Source: an uncultured delta proteobacterium
GTDB taxonomy: Bacteria; Desulfobacterota; Desulfobacteria; Desulfobacterales; UBA2156
Assembly: GCA_963736855.1 (NCBI GenBank)
Contig: CAVTQK010000009.1
Span: 288,001-352,000, forward strand
Direction of reading: 5' to 3'
DNA: 64,000 bases
A program made the position numbers and the translations under genes. A model generated the notes under the pieces. The model saw nothing but the letters and a program-made list of their open reading frames with translations, was not told the DNA's origin and searched no databases. Shown piece by piece: positions 52,233-59,202 of the stretch (position 1 is its first letter; every line of letters begins with the position of its first letter).

Positions 52233-52502
52233 TCAGCTTATTGCCACATGGCGACGGATCGCGGCCTCGAAAGCTTCCCCGCTGATCGGACAGCCCTGGA
52301 TGATAATCTCATCGGCAAGCATCAAGGCCGGTGCGGCAGGCAGACCGGATGCAATGAATTCCGTCGTGCTGTAGTATTCCCTGGGCTTTGACAGTGTCTC
52401 GATTTCCAAAGCGTATTTTTTTCCCAACCTGGGAAGCATCTCCATGAAGCCGCCTCAGGTTTTACCCATCGGCTCGTTTAAAAAGACGCGCAGCTTAACC
52501 AT
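52233..52502 (-). CDS. tsoC: NEPxGxxU-motif selenoprotein, copy 2 (89 aa, Sec16 = TGA 52455-52457)
   Basis: MVKLRVFLNEPMGKT-U-GGFMEMLPRLGKKY...LPAAPAL; joins two ORF-track fragments in frame; SECIS-like TTCCCA-GGT-TGGGAA at 52421-52435. Confidence 0.85.
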
Positions 52503-52524
52503 TTTATTTCTCCGATCAGACGCA

Positions 52525-52845
52525 TTAAGGTTTCTTGAAAAGACGCCCCAAGATTCCTTTATGCGGTGGCTCGGGCTCGGCCAGACCCAACTGGCGGCAA
52601 ATGTGAACCTCCACCTCATGTTCGGACACATCGGCTCCTTCGACGACAACTTCATCGCCCACCATGACCGCCGGTGCCACGGGCAAATCTAGCTCGAAGT
52701 ACGCGTCGGTCTGATATTCCGCCTTGGCTTTTGAGGTGACGTCGATGTCGATGGCGTATTTTGCGCCCAACCTGGGCATCATTTGCTTGAAATGCTTTCA
52801 GGGTTTGCCGTTGGGCTCGTTAAGAAAAAACCGGACTTTGAGCAT
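52525..52845 (-). CDS. tsoC: NEPxGxxU-motif selenoprotein, copy 1 (106 aa, Sec16 = TGA 52798-52800)
   Basis: MLKVRFFLNEPNGKP-U-KHFKQMMPRLGAKY...LPVAPAV; GAGGAG RBS; SECIS-like TGCCCA-GGT-TGGGCG at 52764-52778. Confidence 0.88.
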
Positions 52846-52878
52846 GATCATCTCCTCTATTGTTTGGTTTCTCATGGA

Positions 52879-54648
52879 TCACTGTGCGGAAACGGACCTC
52901 TTTAATTCGGCCATGCGGCTCAGGAAGGGTTCGGGAGGCAAAAAATCCACCAGGCGCAGCTCGGTGCGTTCTTCACCCCGCGCATCCAGAAATACGATGG
53001 TGGGGACTCCCTTGACACCGTATTGCCTCAACAGTTCCTCATGAAATGGGTTTCCTCCCTGGGTCACATTGATTTTAACCATTATAAAATCCTTTTGCCG
53101 CGCTTGCCGGACTACCTCGGGGTGATGAAAGGTCACATTTTCAAGCTCCCGGCACGGCGTGCACCAGTCGGCGTAAAAGTCGATGATGACCGGTTTCTTC
53201 TGCGCGGCCGCCTGCCGCAGGGTTTGTTCCGAATAGGTGTGCCACTCGATGCTTGGTCCGCGCATGGCCCAGGTGGTCACCCAAAAAGTGGCCAGCACAA
53301 TGCAGGCTGTTCCCACGAAGGTCTTGAGCCAGGGAAAGGCCCTGAAACTCGCCTGGTTTTTATCGAGCCAGCCCAGGTGTAACCCGGCGGCGAAGGCGAC
53401 CAAAACCGGCACAACAATTTTAAGCGCCTGGGGCAGGATCGGCCGAATGAAGTATGCCGCCATGCCAACCAAGACCCAACCCATGAGTTTTCGCACCCAA
53501 ATCATCCATCCGCCGGCCCGTGGTAGTCGCTGTAATTGACCGGAAAAGATCGCCAGCACGAAAAGGGGAAGGCCCAATCCCAGGCTTAGGACGAAAAAAA
53601 TCAAAAAACCAAGCCACGGGTTTCCCATCCCGGCCACCCAGGTAAGGAGGCCCAGCACGAAGGGGCCGATGCAGGGCGCGGCCACAACGCCAAGGGTGAG
53701 ACCCATGAACAGACTGCCGAAGTACCCGGTGTAGGATTTGCCGGCGGCCTGGGTCAGGACGCCGGGTAGGCGCAGTTCCCAAAGGCCAAAAAGGCTGGTG
53801 GCGAATAGGACCAGGATGCCGGCCACCAAGGTCAACACGATGGGATTCTGCAGCATGGCCCCCATCAACCCACCAGTTAGTGCGGCCACCACCCCCAAGG
53901 TTGAGTTTGTCAGAGCTAAACCCATCAGGTAGCAAATCCCATGCAAAACAAGTTTGACTTGGCCGGGCCTGTCTTGGGCTGTGCGGCCTCCAAAAAAAGA
54001 GACCGTGATCGGAATCATCGGATAAACGCAAGGAGTCATGTTCAGGGCCAGTCCGCCGGCGAAAATGGCCAAAAGGGTCCAAAGCATGGACCAACCCTGG
54101 AGGGAGCGGTCGCCCATAGGTTCATTTGACGCTTCGCCAAGCGATGTTAGTCCCGCCGGACTACTCGCGATTGGTAAACCCTGTTCCTGCCATTTTGGGA
54201 ATCCGTAGGGGTCGCGGTACACATTTTTATAACCAAGCGATGCGGCCACCCGGGCCGCCGAGTCGCTGCGGACTCATGTCAGCCCCGCTCAGTAAAAGAC
54301 AAGTACGCGCTCCTTGTCCGGGCCTAAAAATGTATTCAGTTCCCCGGCCTTGCGCCAACGCGCCCACCAAGTAGGCTCCATTGAAAAATTGAGCGCCCCC
54401 TTGATATGCCCTGTGCGATATTCCCACTCCTGGCGGGTGTCGATCAGCAGCAGTTCGGAGGGCTTTTTTTCATATCTTTCGGATAGCGCTTCGGTGGTGA
54501 TGATCTTGTACCCGCCGGCGTCAGCCTCGGCCATAACATCTTCCCATGTGGCCTGCCCGGGTGCGATGGGGCGTTGCGCGTACCAGACAATACCAATGGT
54601 GAACAATACGGCCGCCAGCGCGAGAAAATATGATCTTTTTATTTTCAT
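52879..54648 (-). CDS. tsoB: Rhodanese / DsbD-membrane / thioredoxin fusion selenoprotein (589 aa, Sec120 and Sec125)
   Basis: ORF-track pieces 54289-54648 and 52879-54249 are in one frame through VFY-U-AGLT-U-VRS (TGA 54289-54291 and 54274-54276); IDTR..EY..GHIKGA; TPCVYP and APCIGP; WCTPC; SECIS-like hairpin 54236-54267. Confidence 0.9.
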
Positions 54649-54973
54649 GTCCGATCCCTGATCCCGCTACATTTTGCCAGATAGAAATGTATCCATTTGA
54701 GTTTTGTCGATAGCCACAATGCGAAAGGTGGCTTTTAACCGTCTCTTCTGAAAAGGAGTATTGATACTGATGGCAGTAATCCATGATCGTTCGGTACGCC
54801 GAAACAATCTTGCGGGTCATTTCAGCGCATGACTCCCTATCCTCGACGCATTTGTCCGGATGCCATTTGGTCACCAGTCTCCTGTATCTTGATTTGATCG
54901 ATGCCATGGTGGCGGTTTCCGGAAGCTCCAAAATTCTTTTTGCATCGATGATTTCCTGATATTTATGATCCAT
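54521..54973 (-). CDS. Small J-domain (DnaJ-like) protein; 3' end uncertain
   Basis: ILEL...IKSRYRRLVTKWHPDK...AY; frame runs 128 nt into tsoB. Confidence 0.8.
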   Translation of the reverse strand: MDHKYQEIIDAKRILELPETATMASIKSRYRRLVTKWHPDKCVEDRESCAEMTRKIVSAYRTIMDYCHQYQYSFSEETVKSHLSHCGYRQNSNGYISIWQNVAGSGIGHENKKIIFSRAGGRIVHHWYCLVRATPHRTRAGHMGRCYGRG

Positions 54974-55430
54974 CCTCGGCGATTCGTTTCCCTTCTCTCA
55001 AGAGTTTCGTGAGCAAAAATTTGGCCCCTCTGCGCGATAAACCAAGCCGTTCCGCCAATTCTTTATCGTTCAGAGTCCCATGCGTTTTTAAAAGCGTACG
55101 CACTTCCGCTTCCAGTTCCTCCAGCCAATCCTCAAACAGCACCAGCAGATCAGGATCGGCTATAGCCATTAGTTGTTTGGACTGCGCGACCTTGTCCACC
55201 AGGCTTTGGCACATCTGCGTTGGGTCGACACCTTCGCCCATGCACTCGGCCAGTCACAAGTGCACCATGCTGGACACCTTATCCCCCTCGGACTGATTGA
55301 TCAGGTTCAGAAGAAAACGCTCGCGGGCATTATCATCCAGGTCCGCAAGAAGACTTCCCGTGACAGTCGTGATTTTTGACAAGGCCTCTTCCGGAACCAT
55401 GCGGGCAATAATTTCAAAAAGCTCATCCAT
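54963..55430 (-). CDS. tsoA: LULAxC-motif selenoprotein (155 aa, Sec59 = TGA 55254-55256) with C-terminal HTH-like segment
   Basis: MDELFEIIAR...SSMVHL-U-LAECMGEGVDPTQMC...LAERLGLSRRGA; AGGAGG RBS; SECIS-like TGGG-CGA-AGGTG-TCG-A-CCCA at 55221-55240. Confidence 0.88.
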
Positions 55431-55453
55431 AGGAATTGGTTGCCTCCTATTGA

Positions 55454-55819
55454 TTAAAAAGTTCTTCGTGTGGATAAAAGGTCCGTCGCCACATCGTTTA
55501 AGATTTTCAAGACATTCAGAATTCTTTCATCTGCCAATTCATAATAAATGAATGGTCCCTCGCGTTCCACCTTGACCAGCAGAGAGTGCTTCAATTCCTT
55601 CAAATGGTGGGATACCAGCGGTTGGGACAGATCCAATTCCTCGACAATGGCGGATACTGACTTCTTGCTTCCGCTGATGAGCACCAAAATTCTTAGGCGG
55701 TTGCAGTCCGACAGACTCTTGGCCAGAAAGGCTGCTCTTTGAAGCTGGGCAATATCCGACTGGCATCGAGTCAGAAACCCTTCGTTTAGATCCGCTGAAT
55801 TCCGCATGTCTTTGTCCAT
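55454..55819 (-). CDS. ArsR/SmtB-family transcriptional regulator
   Basis: KSLSDCNRLRIL, LSQPLVSHHLKELK, VEREG..IYY; TAATG overlap with trxB. Confidence 0.92.
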   Translation of the reverse strand: MDKDMRNSADLNEGFLTRCQSDIAQLQRAAFLAKSLSDCNRLRILVLISGSKKSVSAIVEELDLSQPLVSHHLKELKHSLLVKVEREGPFIYYELADERILNVLKILNDVATDLLSTRRTF

Positions 55820-56781
55820 TATTCAACGACACTTCGGCATGTCTGATCACCTTTGCGGGTTTCAACATAGTGCGCGGCCGCCAAGGCCGCCGTACAACCA
55901 TCCGCGGCGGCAAGGACAATCTGGTTGGCGTATTTTTGCCGGAGGTCGCCCACGGCAAAAATGCCGGAAATGTCGGTTTCGCATTTTTCATCCGTGATGA
56001 CATATCCAGTACTGTTGACCTTGATCCCTGCGGGAACCAGTTGATTGTTCGGCGCAAAGCCGACAAAAATGAAAACGCCTTCGGTATCAAGATCCCGCTG
56101 ATCGCCGGTTTGCGTGTTTTTCAAGGAGATGTCACGGACGCCGTTGTCATCGCCATTGATTGTGGTGACGACCGTATTGTATATGATTTCAATCCGATGC
56201 TCGGCGAAAACGCGCTGCTGAAGGATGCGGCTGCCTCGAAAGGCCTCCCGTCGGTGAATGAGGTAAACCTTACGGGTGATTTTTGAAAGGTAAAGGGCAT
56301 CTTCCAGAGCTGTATCGCCGCCACCTACGACAGCAACGACTTTATCGCGGAAGAAGAAACCGTCGCAGGTCGCGCAATAAGAAACCCCCTTGCCGAAATT
56401 CTCGTTTTCGCCTGGTATGTTCAACTTTCGGGCGGTGCCGCCGGCTGCCAGAATGATCGCGTGGGCTTTTAAAAGAGTGCCGTCGGCAAGACGCACGGAA
56501 TGGTATTCAATTCCAGGTTCTGTCGCGATGGCCTCCTTTTCCAAAATCTCAAGGTTATACCGTTTGGCATGCTGCAGAAATTTATCGCAAAGATCGAAGC
56601 CGCCGATTTCAATAAAACCAGGATAATTCTCCACTTCCTTGGTGATCGCCACTTGCCCGCCAAAAACACCCCTTTCAATCAGCACGGTCTTCAGCGCCGC
56701 GCGCATGGCATAAATCCCAGCGGTTAAACCCGCGGGGCCTCCACCGACAATGATCAAATCGTAAAGCTGATTATCCGGCAT
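55819..56781 (-). CDS. trxB: Thioredoxin-disulfide reductase
   Basis: GGGPAG, VENYPG, GVSYCATCDG, GGGDTA, HRR..FR, FAVGD. Confidence 0.95.
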   Translation of the reverse strand: MPDNQLYDLIIVGGGPAGLTAGIYAMRAALKTVLIERGVFGGQVAITKEVENYPGFIEIGGFDLCDKFLQHAKRYNLEILEKEAIATEPGIEYHSVRLADGTLLKAHAIILAAGGTARKLNIPGENENFGKGVSYCATCDGFFFRDKVVAVVGGGDTALEDALYLSKITRKVYLIHRREAFRGSRILQQRVFAEHRIEIIYNTVVTTINGDDNGVRDISLKNTQTGDQRDLDTEGVFIFVGFAPNNQLVPAGIKVNSTGYVITDEKCETDISGIFAVGDLRQKYANQIVLAAADGCTAALAAAHYVETRKGDQTCRSVVE

Positions 56782-56830
56782 ATCGTCCTTCCTGTGCTTG
56801 ACCAATAAGAGGTGAACTGAATCAGTTAGC

Positions 56831-56877
56831 AAACAGCATATAGATATTTATTTATATGTTGTTTTAAATTTTGTCAA
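56831..56877 (-). promoter_or_regulatory. Promoter/operator of the selenoprotein operon: 16-2-16 inverted repeat plus -35 TTGACA
   Basis: aaacagcatatagata-tt-tatttatatgttgttt (2 mismatches) at 56831-56864; minus-strand TTGACA at 56872-56877. Confidence 0.7.
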
Positions 56878-57078
56878 TATTTTTCCGGATTCTGGTCGAC
56901 CCAGCTCGTAGGAAGCATGAAGAAGGTCTGCTTTTACAACAGCTCATTGAAAAGAACCACACGACGGTTGACATCCTTTCATTTGGCCGAAGACCTGGCT
57001 ACGGCCTGGTATCGCGACTATATCAAAACGCCGGTGAAGTGATTTGTACGCGTCTTGCCCGGATCAGCGCATTGGGGG

Positions 57079-58264
57079 CTATCCCTCGGAAGGGGCGGTC
57101 AGGGTCTCCCAGATATCTTCGACAAGGAGCGGATTGAAAATGCGGACGCCTCGGACGTTGAACCGCTGCTCGCCGTTATAGAGGACCGCGCCGGCCGTGA
57201 CCCGTTTGATTTCCAACGTCTGAAAACGCTCCAGTCCCTTGATGAAATCCACGGAAAACGTGCTGGCGGACTTGATCTCGACCGGCGTGAGCGCGCCCTT
57301 TTCCCTGATGAGCAGATCGACCTCGTTGCCGTGGGAGTCGCGGAAGAAATAGATCTCCGGCCTGATCCCCTTGTTGAGAGCGCCCTTCACGATGTCCGCA
57401 ATGATGAGGTTCTCATACAGATTGCCGCGCAAGGGATCGCGGGATGCCTGTTCCTGCCGTGTGGATGCCCAGCAGAAAGGCGGCGAGACCCACATCCGTG
57501 AAAAATATCTTGGGGGACTTGATCACCCGCTTTCGGACGTTCTCGAAAAACGGGGGCAGTTCGAACACGACATACGAGGCTTTCAGCACGGAGAGCCAGT
57601 TTCTGATCGTCGTGCTGGAAGCGCCCACGTCGTTGCCGAGCGAAGCGAGGTTGACGACCTGTCCCACCCGGCCGGCCAACAGGGTGAGGAATTTCTGAAA
57701 CTGCGACAGATCGCGCAACTGGATCAAGGCGCGCACATCGCGTTCGACGTAGGTTTGCAGGTAGCCGTTGAAAAACCTGCGCGGTTCGAGACCCTCTTCG
57801 TGAAGCCGCGGAAAACATCCGCGGCCGATCAGGTCGAAGGGGTCCCGTGCCGACTCATAACGGCGAAGTTCATGAAGGGAGAAAGGCCACAGGGTCAGCA
57901 TGGCGGTCCGGCCCGCCAGCGACTGGCTGATCGCCTCATGCAGTTGCGGCTGATGGCTGCCGGTCAGGATAAACCGCCCGCGTCTTCTGTTCTTGTCGAC
58001 CATTCCCTGGATGTAGGAAAGCAGAGCCGGGAGACGTTGCACCTCGTCCAGGATGCCGCCGCCTTCCATCTGGCCGAGGAATCCCCGCGGATCGGCTTCG
58101 GCCGCCATGCGGACATCCGGGTCTTCCAGGGAAAAGTACGGTTTGTCCGGAAACGTCATCCGGGCCAGCGTGGTCTTGCCCGATTGGCGGGGACCCAGGA
58201 TGGTCACCACGGGATACTCCGCGGCGGACCGGACCAGTTCTTCTGTGATGTCTCGAGTGATCAT
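57079..58264 (-). pseudogene. AAA+ ATPase with DUF4143 / PD-(D/E)xK-like C-terminus, +1 frameshift near 57453
   Basis: GPRQSGKTT, LDEVQ, LTGS, SLAGR, TYVERD, KIFFTDVG; second frame LYEN...FRD..EVD..PVEIK; span 1186 nt = 3n+1. Confidence 0.85.
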
Positions 58265-58525
58265 GGTGTGATGATAACGTATGTTTGTGCAAAAAGCAAG
58301 TTAAAATTCTGATTTGCACAATTTTTCTTTCATGGTTTGGCCTCCGTCGTTCTCGAGGGACGAAACTGACGGGACACAAGGAGACGCGTCATGTTTTTAA
58401 AGTTCCTTGTTTAACGGGGTGGTGGCAATGGGGGTAAACTGAATCTATATCTTAAAGCCAAATTCCCCGGTGTGAATCAAGTCATCGTCGCAAACCTGAG
58501 CAGCAGCCAGATCGTTTATGATTCT

Positions 58526-58569
58526 GATGCGGTGCAACGCAGCAGATGGACTTTTTACGAAGCCGTCAA
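58526..58569. repeat. Partial copy (right end) of the 30740-30865 element
   Basis: gatgcggtgcaacgcagcagatggactttttacgaagccgtcaa versus 30824-30867: 2 mismatches in 44 nt. Confidence 0.8.
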
Positions 58570-58788
58570 CTTTAAAGCGTTGTGGCTCTATCCTGATTCC
58601 TGCCGTACTCTCCATTCTCCTGAAAACTCACTTTTTCGTATAACTTATTGAATTCGTGGCTATAAAATGGCTTTTTGACCACGGAGCGGACTCCGAATTC
58701 TGCCGTTCTCCATTTTTAGAGCCGCCTTGTTTAATGCAGCCAGTGGTGGGATTGCATTCAGGTGCCCGTTTGATGGTCCGAAAATCGA

Positions 58789-58830
58789 TTGACAATAGAA
58801 TGATTTGACGTATGATAGATCATCTGATCA
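58789..58830 (+). promoter_or_regulatory. Putative sigma70 promoter and overlapping near-palindromic operator for the XRE-hsd locus
   Basis: TTGACA-16 nt-TATGAT; tgatagatcatctgatca overlaps the -10/+1 region. Confidence 0.55.
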
Positions 58831-58884
58831 ATCGCGTGATATGAAATCTGTTTATTCCAGATCTTAATCAACTTAATAAGGAGC

Positions 58885-59127
58885 GTGCCATTGAATGCCC
58901 AGGCAGACATACCTCGCTTAGTCCGCAGGCTTCGGGAACGAACCGGGCTCACCCAGGAAAAGTTTGCGGCCAAACTTGGCGTGACGTTCCCCACCATCAA
59001 CCGCTGGGAAAACGGCCGGGCCAAACCGTCGCCGCTGGCGTTGAGGCAGATTGAGAAATTGCTCCGGAGCTTGGGCGACCAGGGCAAGGATCTCTTGGAG
59101 GAGTTTTTCCCCGGAGAGAAGAGCTGA
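58885..59127 (+). CDS. XRE-family helix-turn-helix regulator
   Basis: LRERTGLTQEKFAAKLGVTFPTINRWENG..KPS. Confidence 0.9.
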   Translation: MPLNAQADIPRLVRRLRERTGLTQEKFAAKLGVTFPTINRWENGRAKPSPLALRQIEKLLRSLGDQGKDLLEEFFPGEKS

Positions 59128-59202
59128 TATGGCCAAGGAAAACAGTGAGCTGCCGGCGCCCAGGGATGGTGAGGCGGCGCGGCTTGAGCTCAGACAGGTG
59201 GT

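Noticed and set aside
52233..55430. Reading the split ORFs as nonsense-mutated pseudogenes
   Set aside because: All five interruptions are TGA, fall at Cys-like motif positions, are followed by SECIS-like hairpins and are position-conserved between paralogs
56871..57078. 88-aa ORF or possible gene remnant between trxB and the AAA ATPase
   Set aside because: No RBS or recognisable family; cannot be supported
58596..58715. Imperfect direct repeats (ctgccgt..ctccatt) flanking taacttattgaat, resembling recombination sites
   Set aside because: Only two degenerate copies and no recombinase in the window
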